From positions 1 to 64,000 of the IMG/VR virus record IMGVR_UViG_3300046495_000014: a DNA stretch of 64,000 bases. One strand, 5' to 3'. The stretch comes from a virus. Lineage: Duplodnaviria; Caudoviricetes. Under the pieces are notes generated by a model. It searched no databases, had not been told where the DNA came from, and was given only the letters and a program-made list of their open reading frames with translations. Made by a program: the position numbers and the translations under genes. Shown piece after piece: positions 45,115-54,501 of this stretch; within the stretch, counting starts at the first letter, position 1; every line of letters starts with the position of its first letter.

Positions 45115-46143
45115 TTACCAGGGCTTGCGCCCGGTGGACCGCAAATGCGCGTTGAGTTCCTGCTTAGTCATCGAATTCGGCTGTCCGGGGCGAACCGTCT
45201 TCCCTGCGATCGTTCCCGGTTCCGGCGCCTTCGGGGCAGGCTTCGGGGGACCGCCCTTCGGCACGGCGCTCGTCGACAGGGGCACCCGTCGTACGGGAGG
45301 CTTCGCGATAGCCGCGGGACTGTTCGACGCGTCGACTGCCGGCGGGTTCGTCGCGTCCGTCGGTACGATGCTGAACCGCGGCTTGTCGTTCGCCAGTTTC
45401 TCGAACCAGCGCGTGATCGACCGCGGTGTCTGTCGCTTTAGGTCGGCGGGGTCCAGTCGGTTGACGTACCGCTGGAAGTCGCCCAACGCGTAGTCGAGCA
45501 TCGACGGGTCGATGAACTTACCTGCGATCTGCGTTAGTTCCTGCGTCTGCGCGCTAACGACCTGTCCGGTTTCCATCTCTTGGATGCGCGTCAACAGCGA
45601 TTCGTTTTCGGCCTTCAGCGCTGCCGCGTCGGCGGCCGCCCGTTGCTGTTCCGTCATCGCCTGACGATCCGACTCTTCCTTCTGAGCCTTCAGCGTCTTG
45701 TATTCGTCAGCCTGCGCCAGCCGCAGTTGCTTGATCTTGGTAATCTCAGTCGGATCGGTCGTTCCGTATTCCGCGCGCAGCAATCGGTTGCGCTCCCGTT
45801 CGACTCGCGCTGATACGGCTTCCCCTGGGATAGTAGCGCCGCCTTTGCCCAGGACGGGCACGGGCGCTGCCGCCGGAGGGACGGGGGGCGGAGTCTCGAC
45901 CGCGGTCGGCTGCGTTCCCGCTGCCGCCGGAGGGGATACCGCGGGAGCCGCTGCCGGCGCCTTAGGGGCGACCGCTGCCGTCGGGATGGTTCCCGGGGCG
46001 GGCGCTCTAGGCGTAGCTAGCAACTTCGCCGCGAACGGCCCCAGTTGAGACCGCGCGCCCGCCGGGCTAGGTGCCGCAGCGGGCGCTGGTGGTGGCGGAC
46101 TAGCCGCCGGGGGGGTTTCAGCGTTGATCATTTCTGGTGGCAT
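45115..46143 (-). CDS. Capsid scaffolding protein
   Basis: Pro/Ala-rich N-terminus, central coiled coil, short basic C-terminal helix. Confidence 0.7.
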   Translation of the reverse strand: MPPEMINAETPPAASPPPPAPAAAPSPAGARSQLGPFAAKLLATPRAPAPGTIPTAAVAPKAPAAAPAVSPPAAAGTQPTAVETPPPVPPAAAPVPVLGKGGATIPGEAVSARVERERNRLLRAEYGTTDPTEITKIKQLRLAQADEYKTLKAQKEESDRQAMTEQQRAAADAAALKAENESLLTRIQEMETGQVVSAQTQELTQIAGKFIDPSMLDYALGDFQRYVNRLDPADLKRQTPRSITRWFEKLANDKPRFSIVPTDATNPPAVDASNSPAAIAKPPVRRVPLSTSAVPKGGPPKPAPKAPEPGTIAGKTVRPGQPNSMTKQELNAHLRSTGRKPW

Positions 46144-46192
46144 TGTTCCTCGTTTCCCTACCTACGCCGACGGTCCCCCGGCGGCTAGAGCC

Positions 46193-46885
46193 TTACAACG
46201 TGGTGGCGGTCGCTTCCAGGATCGAGCAAAGATCCTCGGCGGCTAGCACCATGAGCTTCAAACGGACCCGCACGATAGCGTCCGCGGCCGCGAGGGACAC
46301 GGAGTTCTTGGCGACGTTGAGCGCCGCTAGCCCGGTCGTGGCGCTTCCGCCCGGTACCAGGATGCGGAGCTTACCGGTGAGCGTACCCTCGATCGACTCG
46401 GCTTCGAGTAGCAGCACGACGCCCTTCGCAGTGTACGACGCCGGGATCGCGACCGCGTTCGATACGACAGGGAACACCGCTTGAACGATGTCGCCGCGGT
46501 CGGGGAGGTAAACCACGTCCAAGTCGGTAATCGCGTCGGCGGCCAGCACAACGATGTCGCCGTTAGGCGCTACCGCGATCTGTCCGGTCGTCGGCGTGGT
46601 CCCGTAGGCCACGGGGGTTAGCTCGCCCGTAACGCCGCCGGCTCGCGACGTAGCGCGGACGATCGTACAAGCAGCGCCGCCGTCGGGTAGCTGAACCGCG
46701 TGCAGGGTGTTCAGGCAGTACCCGACCGTGCCCAGCGCGACTGGATTCAGTCGGCGACGAACCTGCGGGATCTGGCCTTGGAGCAACGAACCGAATGCGA
46801 TCTTCCGCAGTTCGTCCGAAATCGTGTTGGGGTTAGCCGAATCAATGGACGCGCGCTGCGTTCCGTCGGTCTTCGAAATACTCAT
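46193..46885 (-). CDS. Head decoration/structural protein
   Basis: Beta-rich 230 aa in head module; GGAGGG RBS. Confidence 0.55.
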   Translation of the reverse strand: MSISKTDGTQRASIDSANPNTISDELRKIAFGSLLQGQIPQVRRRLNPVALGTVGYCLNTLHAVQLPDGGAACTIVRATSRAGGVTGELTPVAYGTTPTTGQIAVAPNGDIVVLAADAITDLDVVYLPDRGDIVQAVFPVVSNAVAIPASYTAKGVVLLLEAESIEGTLTGKLRILVPGGSATTGLAALNVAKNSVSLAAADAIVRVRLKLMVLAAEDLCSILEATATTL

Positions 46886-46961
46886 TGGGAAAGCCCTCCT
46901 TCTTCGGTCGTTCCGCCCAGGGCAGGGCGGCCGAGAACCGGATCCGCCGGCACGACGCGAG

Positions 46962-47348
46962 TTAGGATTGGCCCGCGACCAAGTATTCTACGCGGCCGAC
47001 GCCTTCGACTTCTAAGAGAGTCAACGGCGCCGCTTCCGCGAATTCTGTCACCAGTAGTCCGTCGACCATTACGACGGCGGTCGTCGATCCCGCTGTCATA
47101 CGAATCGACAACGGCCCGTCCGTGCGCACGTACAGCAAGCGCCCGGCTGTTACCGGACCCGCTGCGCCGACGCCCGGCATCGCGACGTACGCGCTAGCGC
47201 TGTTCACGTTCATCAGTCCCGCGGGACTAGACACGGCGTAGTCGTTATTGGTCGCCACCAGCGGGATCGTCGTTTCCGCGCCCGGAAAGGCTACGGACGA
47301 CCCGGACGGGCCCAGTACGATCACGCCGGATAGCGAGATTTGGCCCAT
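46962..47348 (-). CDS. Small beta-rich structural protein
   Basis: Coupled start/stop overlap. Confidence 0.55.
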   Translation of the reverse strand: MGQISLSGVIVLGPSGSSVAFPGAETTIPLVATNNDYAVSSPAGLMNVNSASAYVAMPGVGAAGPVTAGRLLYVRTDGPLSIRMTAGSTTAVVMVDGLLVTEFAEAAPLTLLEVEGVGRVEYLVAGQS

Positions 47349-47653
47349 TACGCGCCTAGCTTGTACGGCTTCGCGCCGTTACCCAAGGAGCCGACGCCGC
47401 CGGGTCTGGTAGCAGGGGGAGCGGCTTGGGGGATAAGTCCGCCCGGGGCCGCGTCCTGCGTGTTGTGGTCCGGCTTCGCCTTCGACTGCGCCCGACTGTT
47501 GTTGATTAGATCGCCCGATAGTTTCGCGGCCGTGCGGGTTCCGCCCGGGTTCGCGCCGAAATCATTGCCTGCCATAGATCCTCCTACGCTGCCGCCTTTG
47601 CCATCGCCGAACGGGCTGGTCTTCCCGTCGCCGGATTGTGATCCCTGTTGCAT
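47348..47653 (-). CDS. Gly-rich disordered small protein
   Basis: AGGAGG RBS. Confidence 0.6.
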   Translation of the reverse strand: MQQGSQSGDGKTSPFGDGKGGSVGGSMAGNDFGANPGGTRTAAKLSGDLINNSRAQSKAKPDHNTQDAAPGGLIPQAAPPATRPGGVGSLGNGAKPYKLGA

Positions 47654-47674
47654 CGCTGCCTCCTAAGAGTCGGC

Positions 47675-47914
47675 CTAGCCGACCCGGAACGGTTTCTTGC
47701 CCGCGTCGGACGGTGGCCACGGAATCGGTTGAGACTTCGTGGGGGCCGTATTCTGACCGATACCCGGGGCCCATTTCTCAGGGGTTCCGCCCGTAGCCTC
47801 GACCGTCAACGGATTCGCCGGACCTACCTGCGGCGCGCGTGGTTCCTGGAACCGACCGTTCGCACCCCGAACGATCGGCAACGGTTGATCTAGTCGAAAC
47901 GGAGCGTTGGCCAT
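47675..47914 (-). CDS. Pro-rich small protein
   Basis: CTGATACCGT-N6-ATG. Confidence 0.55.
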   Translation of the reverse strand: MANAPFRLDQPLPIVRGANGRFQEPRAPQVGPANPLTVEATGGTPEKWAPGIGQNTAPTKSQPIPWPPSDAGKKPFRVG

Positions 47915-47951
47915 GTCCAGACGGTATCAGTCGATCCGACCCGTCGCAACC

Positions 47952-47973
47952 GACGCCGGATCGATCCGGCGTC
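47952..47973. repeat. 22-bp palindrome, exact copy at divergent promoter
   Basis: CATAGT-N6-ATG(47992) on plus side. Confidence 0.97.
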
Positions 47974-47991
47974 CCGCGTCATAGTAGGGGC

Positions 47992-48168
47992 ATGGCCAAA
48001 CCGAAATCCCAGCCCGTACCCGCCGACGACGGGGGGGCTTCGTCGTTCCTCGACTCCGACGCCGCTGAACTACTCCCGAAGAAGTCCTACATCGTCGCCC
48101 CTGCGGACCAGACCGATCCGAACTGGAAGATGACCGACGAACAGTTGGCGGAATTATTGAAAGACTAG
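47992..48168 (+). CDS. Small acidic plus-strand protein (58 aa)
   Basis: MAKPKSQPVPADDGG...LAELLKD; stop overlaps MuF stop by 4 nt. Confidence 0.6.
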   Translation: MAKPKSQPVPADDGGASSFLDSDAAELLPKKSYIVAPADQTDPNWKMTDEQLAELLKD

Positions 48169-50780
48169 CCCGGTCGCGACAACAGTTCCGCGTCGATCAT
48201 TACGGTTCGCCCGGGGGGGATTCGAACCCGAACCCGCGTCGGGGTAAAGCCTTCGACAGATCCCGTAATCACGTGGGACCGACCCGACCGCGTTACGACG
48301 TACGACACAGTGTCCCCGACCGCGAACCGCGACACCAGCGGTCCACGCGATCGAGGCGTTCTAGCTGGCGGGGTCGTTATTTCCTTCGGCACGTCGGGGT
48401 TCTTCGCGCCGCGAACTACGATTTTGGCAGCCAGTCGGGCTTGATCGTCAGTAGCGCCTACCTTCATCGCCGCCTTCTTCGCCGCCCGTTCCTTCGCCCG
48501 CGTCGCGGTGTATTCGTCCAGGCGCGCCAGGGTTTCGGGGGACTTGAGGTTGAGTTCCAGATTGATAAGCCCCATCTCGGAATACCCGTGCGATCGTAGG
48601 AATTCCTTGCCGACCGCGATCCCGTTGAATTCCAGCGCGGCCAATTCCTGAATCGACTTCACGTCTTTTATGATTCCGATCAAGTCGGTCGTGCTGATCG
48701 GTTCGGGGGTCGCCGGTTCCTTCATTACTTCCCCGACCTTGTTGACCTGCTTTCGCGTACCCTGCGCCCATCGCGAGAATTCTTGCTTGAACGCGCCCAG
48801 CTGGTTCGGGTTCTGCAACTCGAATCCCATCGACGGCCAAACGTACTGCCCATCCCACGCGGCGTGCGTTTCCACGACGTCGACGCCTAGCTTCCGATAC
48901 GTCGCGAACTGGCTTTCGATCATGCGACTGCCCATCCCGCCGTCCTTCAGACTATCGGGGAGCGTAAACAGATTGTGGCCGACGCTAAGTTTCCCGTCGG
49001 ATGTTCGAGTGTACGACCTACTGAGCGAACCCGTTTTCCCGGTATTCGGATCGACGATCTTCGCCGACATGAAGAACTTTGAGGCGTCGGTGTAATGGTA
49101 CGCCCGGATCTGCGCGTCCTGGATCTCAACCCCGCTTAGCTCGTGCAGTCCTAACACGCCGCTGAAATCCCGAGCGTCGAATGAACGCCCGAAGACAACC
49201 TGCGACCCGTCGTTGATTTGGGTCGGCCCTTGATTGACGGTTACTTCGAACCCATTCGCGGCTTCGAACGATAGCGAATGCTGCTCGCCGATCGGAATCC
49301 GTTTCGCGATCGGCGGTTCTCCCGTCGTCCGTTTAGCCGTCGGATCGACAGTCGCCACCGCCGCCTGCGCGGCTTCGATGTACTTCGCCGGAACCTTCGC
49401 TTCGACCACGGTCGTCTTCGCGGCCTTCGCCTTCACCGTCGCTCGGGATTCGGCGATCCCCGCTTCGCGGATCGTCGCCTGCAACCGATCGAGGTTAGCC
49501 ACGACGGTCTCGACCTGCCGAGCCTGTCGCGTTTCAGCTTCCACCGCGCGTCGGGCTTCCGTAGCCTGTCGCGCCGCTATCTGGGCTTGTTCTTCCGCGG
49601 CCATCGCAGCGCGTAGTCGTTCGCGCCCTAGCTCCAACGAAGACGGCTGACGCGTCGCTCCCGGTTCCCCGGCGATCGTTCGCGCTACTGTCGCCGCCGC
49701 GATCGACGGACGACCCTGCGCGGGGGGTGGCACCGGGGCGGCTACCGGCTGCGGTGCAGGCGTCTGCTCTTGCGCTACGGACGGCGCGGGCTTCCCGATC
49801 AGTTCGACGGGTACAGTCGTCATCAGCGGACGACCGGGGGGCGATCCCTTCCGCCCTTCCATCGCCCAGCGCTGGGCGATTTCCGAATCGGTCTTCTGTT
49901 TCAGATTCTCAGGGATCGGCCATTCGATGTGGTGAGGCACGATGATTTCGCGATCGTTCGGGCGGTTCGGTGGAGTCATGTACGACCCGAACCACGACGC
50001 GAACGGTTCGGTCATCCGCCGTATCTGACCGTGGACCGCGTAACTATCGGCGCCCGTCCTATCGTCGAACGTCGCGCACAAGATCCGCAGCATCTGGCCG
50101 CCGGTCTGCTCGTTGATCTCGAGTAACGCGTTGTTGCCCGCTACGTTGTGGGCTCCCATTAGCTCGGTGCGAACTATCCGTTCCGCCCAGTACTGCGGCG
50201 CGGCCTGTAGGAACGGCGATCCGGTTACCAACTGCGACCGTACGTCGTCCCACGGCGTACCCGCCACCAGCGACGTCTGCAACGTTCGCTCGAAATGGCC
50301 GATCACCCCTTCGCCGTATCGCTCGATCACGCCCGGGTTCCCGGGGTGATCCGGATCCCCAGCGATGCGGCGAAGGACCGACGCGTTCGCGCCCGACACG
50401 GCGGGGTCTAGGACCGCCGCTGTTCGGATCCCCAGGCCTTCCCCAGCGACGCCGCGGAACTTCGCTTCGGCGTGGTTGAGGTACGACACAGTGGCCTTCG
50501 CGCTGTTCGTCGCCACGACGTTCGACGCCCCGACGACCGTCCCGAGTAAGTCCCGCTTGGTCATCTGCAAGACAGTCTCGACCTGCTTTAGCGTCGCCCG
50601 CATCTGAACGGCGGTGAACGTTCGGTCGTTCGGGGGTATCCCATGCAAACGCTTCTTCAGATCCGCTTGCGACCGTTTCATTAGGTCGACCACCGCCGTG
50701 TTCGACGTCCGCGCCGCGTATCCCAGCGCCGCGCGCCGGGCCGCGTCTAATATCGATATCGGATCGCGGACGGTAGGCAC
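48165..50780 (-). CDS. MuF/gpF minor head protein with C-terminal GNAT-like and SH3-like domains
   Basis: WAERIVRTELMGAHN, FDDRTGADS, PPNRPNDRE; LPDSLKDGGMGSRMIESQ...HAAWDGQYVWPSMGF. Confidence 0.82.
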   Translation of the reverse strand: MPTVRDPISILDAARRAALGYAARTSNTAVVDLMKRSQADLKKRLHGIPPNDRTFTAVQMRATLKQVETVLQMTKRDLLGTVVGASNVVATNSAKATVSYLNHAEAKFRGVAGEGLGIRTAAVLDPAVSGANASVLRRIAGDPDHPGNPGVIERYGEGVIGHFERTLQTSLVAGTPWDDVRSQLVTGSPFLQAAPQYWAERIVRTELMGAHNVAGNNALLEINEQTGGQMLRILCATFDDRTGADSYAVHGQIRRMTEPFASWFGSYMTPPNRPNDREIIVPHHIEWPIPENLKQKTDSEIAQRWAMEGRKGSPPGRPLMTTVPVELIGKPAPSVAQEQTPAPQPVAAPVPPPAQGRPSIAAATVARTIAGEPGATRQPSSLELGRERLRAAMAAEEQAQIAARQATEARRAVEAETRQARQVETVVANLDRLQATIREAGIAESRATVKAKAAKTTVVEAKVPAKYIEAAQAAVATVDPTAKRTTGEPPIAKRIPIGEQHSLSFEAANGFEVTVNQGPTQINDGSQVVFGRSFDARDFSGVLGLHELSGVEIQDAQIRAYHYTDASKFFMSAKIVDPNTGKTGSLSRSYTRTSDGKLSVGHNLFTLPDSLKDGGMGSRMIESQFATYRKLGVDVVETHAAWDGQYVWPSMGFELQNPNQLGAFKQEFSRWAQGTRKQVNKVGEVMKEPATPEPISTTDLIGIIKDVKSIQELAALEFNGIAVGKEFLRSHGYSEMGLINLELNLKSPETLARLDEYTATRAKERAAKKAAMKVGATDDQARLAAKIVVRGAKNPDVPKEITTPPARTPRSRGPLVSRFAVGDTVSYVVTRSGRSHVITGSVEGFTPTRVRVRIPPGRTVMIDAELLSRPG

Positions 50781-50789
50781 CCGCCTAGG

Positions 50790-50915
50790 TTACACGTCGG
50801 ATCCAGGATCGACCACCTCGACCGCTACGGTAGGCTCGCGCGGTACGTCGACGACGACCGCCAGATCCCCAGTAACTTCGACCGTGACAGTAGGCTCCGC
50901 CGCCGCTTCAGTCAC
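50790..50915 (-). CDS. 41-aa Val/Thr/Glu-rich peptide
   Basis: GTGA coupling to upstream ORF; VTEAAAEPTVTVEVTGDLAVVVDVP... Confidence 0.45.
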   Translation of the reverse strand: MTEAAAEPTVTVEVTGDLAVVVDVPREPTVAVEVVDPGSDV

Positions 50916-51286
50916 GGAGCCACCGATAGATAGAACGCCGCAGCGCGTCGCACGCCGTCCGGGATCGGGGTAGTAGCGGGGGGCGTCGGTTCCCGGTGGT
51001 AGATCAGTTCCGGAATTATCCGGTACCTACCCGGGGTGACCGTTTCGAGCCCCGCGACGTCGAAGACGTGTCGAACCACCAGCTTGTCGATCCGCTGTTG
51101 TAGGATCGTCGTCGTCCACACCGCGTCCACGTCCGACCGCGCACCGATACGCACGCGGAGTCGAACGGACGTCACCAGCGATAGGTCCAGCGCGTCGGGT
51201 CCCGGTCGGATCTCGCACGTCAGACCTTCGGGCGCTTTAGCCCGCGCGAATATAGACGGCTGGGCGAACTGTCGATCTGTGATCAC
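50912..51286 (-). CDS. Ig-like (BppU-N-like) protein
   Basis: Start GTG overlaps portal stop; DLSLVTSVRLRV, PGRYRI. Confidence 0.5.
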   Translation of the reverse strand: MITDRQFAQPSIFARAKAPEGLTCEIRPGPDALDLSLVTSVRLRVRIGARSDVDAVWTTTILQQRIDKLVVRHVFDVAGLETVTPGRYRIIPELIYHREPTPPATTPIPDGVRRAAAFYLSVAP

Positions 51287-53058
51287 GGGGTCCTCGCGGG
51301 GTCGGGTACTTCGCCGCCGATAGGGGGGAACATGGCCGAGTTGGCCGCCGATTGCTGCGCGGCCTTCGCAGCGGTTTCGCGCTGAACGCGGGCCCACTCT
51401 TCCTGACCGTCTCGATCGTGCGCGTTCGAGTGCAGTTCGACCGCCGTCTGTTGGCTCATGATCGGAACCGAACCCGCCGCCAGCGATAGCGCTTGGGCTT
51501 CTTCCTGGTCGTCTTTGGACGTCGGCTGGAAGTAGGGGCCCCACTCCAACCAGATCCGACCGTTACCAGGCGACCGATCCGTGACCTGCGTCAGCATCTT
51601 CCCAGTCGGCGCCCCGTCGGGCCCTAGTTCCGGTATCGACACGATCTTCGGCGGTAGGTTCACGGCGAATTCGATCGGTTCTTCCCCTACCTCGACGCCT
51701 TCTTCGTCGTACGTAGGCACGTGAACGTACCGGCTCTCATCCGACGCCGCTGCCGGATCCGGGGCGTATCGACGAACGAACGCCGTAATCTGTTCCAGCG
51801 TCGACGTGATGGCGCGCCCGTACTGGTACCGGAAGATCGAGCACTTCACCAGCATCGGGGAGTAAACCATTTTGAGAGCCACGGACGACGTACCCGCTGC
51901 CGCGATCGTATTCGGATCGGGCGATACGCATTCGGTGACTTCCAGGATCTGCGCCCGGCTGTTATCGACGAGCGAGATCCCCGCCGCTATCGACGACCCG
52001 GACACCTCGAGGTATTTAGCATCCCCGTCCTTACCGGTTCGCAACGCGTTGTCGCTACCCTTCTGGACGACGGCCTTGCCGATGTCTTCTTCGTCCATAC
52101 GCAGGACTAGCGTCGGATCCAGATTCTTGATCCCGCCCTGAACGTTGACGCTGTTCAGCATGTCGATCGACACGAGTTGTTCGTAGGCCACGGCGTAATC
52201 CGGAGCGCCGTCGCAGCTACTGTCATCGTCGTCGTCGGGTAGGTTCTCGATCCAGCAGAAATGGCACACCCCGTCGTTGTGCTCGAAAGACTGGGCCTGA
52301 TCGATGTCCCAATAGTCGGGGGTCTTCTTGTCGACCTCTACCGGCTTGAACGTAACGTCGGCGGTCTTCGTCCAGTCGCGTCGGCGCCACATCCACTTCT
52401 GTTTCCCCGACGTCGCTGTCGCTTTCGACTGGTACAGTTCGACGACGTGCGCCGGTATCCGTTGGGCTTCGTCTTCCCATTCCAGGCAGTGGATATGGTA
52501 CCCCTTGTGAACCTGCATCCGAACGTCGCCGTCGACGAGCGCCCAGGATATCCCGACCGTGCCGCAGCGCCCGCCTAGGTTCCGCGCGCGGATCATGTTG
52601 ATCTCGAGGCCCATCGCGTCGGATAGCGCCTGCGCCCAGTCCTGCGTGATCGGATCCTCGGAACGGAACTGCGGGAATCGGCCGTAACCGAATACCATCC
52701 CAGAAAACGACGTTACGATCTTCCGCGCCAGTCGGTACGGCGTGGACGGTCGGCGTTGGTCCAATGGAACGTACGTAGACGGAACAGCGCCGGACAGTAG
52801 CGGCTGATTCGATAGCTTCCCGGGGCGAATCATCCGCCCGTTCATGTCGAACAACTTATAGTCGTGGTTCGTCGCGGTGAAGAAGCTATCCCGGTATTGG
52901 AGTTCCCGCACGCGTTCCCCGTTGAACAACGCGTGCGCGTCGAAGTCCGGGCCTAGCGTCGTCAAATCCAGTCCGAATGAGGATTCGGTTTGAATTACGG
53001 GTCCGGCGATCGCGGGACCCGGCGCCGCCAACGGCATCTTGTAAACGTTCGCAGCCAT
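51283..53058 (-). CDS. Portal protein
   Basis: 591 aa upstream of MuF; LARKIVTSFSGMVFG, SSVALKMVYSPML, MSQQTAVEL. Confidence 0.8.
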   Translation of the reverse strand: MAANVYKMPLAAPGPAIAGPVIQTESSFGLDLTTLGPDFDAHALFNGERVRELQYRDSFFTATNHDYKLFDMNGRMIRPGKLSNQPLLSGAVPSTYVPLDQRRPSTPYRLARKIVTSFSGMVFGYGRFPQFRSEDPITQDWAQALSDAMGLEINMIRARNLGGRCGTVGISWALVDGDVRMQVHKGYHIHCLEWEDEAQRIPAHVVELYQSKATATSGKQKWMWRRRDWTKTADVTFKPVEVDKKTPDYWDIDQAQSFEHNDGVCHFCWIENLPDDDDDSSCDGAPDYAVAYEQLVSIDMLNSVNVQGGIKNLDPTLVLRMDEEDIGKAVVQKGSDNALRTGKDGDAKYLEVSGSSIAAGISLVDNSRAQILEVTECVSPDPNTIAAAGTSSVALKMVYSPMLVKCSIFRYQYGRAITSTLEQITAFVRRYAPDPAAASDESRYVHVPTYDEEGVEVGEEPIEFAVNLPPKIVSIPELGPDGAPTGKMLTQVTDRSPGNGRIWLEWGPYFQPTSKDDQEEAQALSLAAGSVPIMSQQTAVELHSNAHDRDGQEEWARVQRETAAKAAQQSAANSAMFPPIGGEVPDPARTP

Positions 53059-53092
53059 AGCGGTAAGCTATCACGCCGCGCCGCGGTAGTCC

Positions 53093-53344
53093 CTACAGTC
53101 GACGCCCGCGTCTATCCGCCAGGCTACCGACTAGCGGTGGGTCGTCGACGACGCCGGATCGATCCGGCGTCGCTTCGTCGCGTAACAGTCCCGCCGCCAC
53201 CAGATCGGCGCGCGTCGGCGGGAGATCGATCGTCGCCTGGAACCCGTCCGATTCTAAGTCGGACTTGGGCGGAGTCGACTCGCTGTCGACCCGCGTCACC
53301 CCGACTCGCGCCCATGCCTTCAGTGCCCCGAAACTCCAAGTCAT
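53093..53344 (-). CDS. Hypothetical protein containing in-frame palindrome
   Basis: ATGA coupling; contains TPDRSGV. Confidence 0.45.
   Translation of the reverse strand: MTWSFGALKAWARVGVTRVDSESTPPKSDLESDGFQATIDLPPTRADLVAAGLLRDEATPDRSGVVDDPPLVGSLADRRGRRL
53150..53171. repeat. 22-bp palindrome, exact copy, in-frame
   Basis: Reads TPDRSGV in 53093..53344. Confidence 0.97.
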
Positions 53345-53910
53345 ACTGGAACGCCGTCCTGCACTTCCACCTTCTCAGACGTTACCGAAACCGCCGACCA
53401 AAGCACGCGGACGTTCCGCCCGATCCCGTGGACGGACAGCCCTAGCATCCCAGGGCTCTGCACGCCGATCGCGCATCGTCCCCCGATAACCAAGCCGCCC
53501 TTCGGTCCCGGCGAATACTCCGCCAGCGTTCGCGCCCGGACGTCCTGCGATAGTCCCATCATCCCGCCCGCCGCGCCGTTCCCGATCATCCGCAGCTGCC
53601 CCGTCATCGGTTCCCCGTCGCGGATCGGCAAGACCTGCACGGCCCAGTACAACCAAGTCTGTTCCGTAACCGCGATCATCATCGGGCACCCGCGTTCTGG
53701 CGTCACGTTGTCGTACAGCCAGCCCTTGCCCCACGGTCGATACCCGAACCCGGGGGACGCCGAATAGAGCACCTGTGGGTCGGCAGGCAGTAGCACCACG
53801 CCTTTCCGCGCCTTCGCGACGGTGACCGCCGCTACCCCGTCGACTAGCTCACCGACTGCCAGCGATCCAGACGGATCCCATACGGTCACGAACTGCGTTG
53901 TTCTGCTCAC
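53341..53910 (-). CDS. Hypothetical protein (189 aa)
   Basis: GAGGAA RBS; normal composition. Confidence 0.65.
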   Translation of the reverse strand: MSRTTQFVTVWDPSGSLAVGELVDGVAAVTVAKARKGVVLLPADPQVLYSASPGFGYRPWGKGWLYDNVTPERGCPMMIAVTEQTWLYWAVQVLPIRDGEPMTGQLRMIGNGAAGGMMGLSQDVRARTLAEYSPGPKGGLVIGGRCAIGVQSPGMLGLSVHGIGRNVRVLWSAVSVTSEKVEVQDGVPV

Positions 53911-54238
53911 GGTTCCTCGATTCCGCGCCGCACTTCGATAGGTAGCCCCCGACGACTACGCCTATGAGCACGCCGACGATCGACAGTAGCAACGTCCGGG
54001 GCACCGCGCCCGCGCTGTAATGATGCGTCGGCTGAATATGCGGGGGGATCCGCATCGGCGCGTCCTCGCTCCTACATCCACCCCCGTCGGGTCTGCGGCA
54101 CGGCAACTGCCGCAGCATTTCGTTGCATTCGACGGCAGCGTCCGCCGCCCTGTGCGCCGCCCGTAGAATCGGGGCGTGCGACGCCTGAATCACCCGAACC
54201 ATGGTCGCCTGGTCAACGTATCGTCCGCGCCTGCGCAT
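53849..54238 (-). CDS. Membrane protein with one TM helix
   Basis: LLLSIVGVLIGVVVGGYL; start uncertain. Confidence 0.45.
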   Translation of the reverse strand: MRRRGRYVDQATMVRVIQASHAPILRAAHRAADAAVECNEMLRQLPCRRPDGGGCRSEDAPMRIPPHIQPTHHYSAGAVPRTLLLSIVGVLIGVVVGGYLSKCGAESRNREQNNAVRDRMGSVWIAGSR

Positions 54239-54241
54239 GCC

Positions 54242-54472
54242 CTACCGTACCACAGAGGGACGGTACATCGGATGCGTCGCCGATACGTTCGCCAGTTCCA
54301 GCACCCGCGCCTCGACCAACGCAATGCAACACGCCTCGACGGCTTCCGGCGGGAGGGATAACCGGGCGGCAAGGGTATCGACGCCGATGCCCTTGCCGTA
54401 GTCCGCCCAGTACGCGCGCGTGACGTTGTAGATCCGCAGCCGGTTGGTAGGGGTAGCCCGCATGATTCTCAC
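54242..54472 (-). CDS. Winged-HTH-like protein
   Basis: GIGVDTLAARLSLPPEAVEACCIALVEARVL; GCGCCATAGT then AGGAG RBS. Confidence 0.6.
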   Translation of the reverse strand: MRIMRATPTNRLRIYNVTRAYWADYGKGIGVDTLAARLSLPPEAVEACCIALVEARVLELANVSATHPMYRPSVVR

Positions 54473-54501
54473 GGTACTCCTACTATGGCGCGGAACGTTC
54501 G

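Noticed and set aside
48213-48229. tRNA T-arm-like GGTTCGAATCC on minus strand
   Set aside because: Only a 3-bp T-stem, no complementary acceptor stem or D/anticodon arms; lies in the MuF coding frame (VRIPPG).
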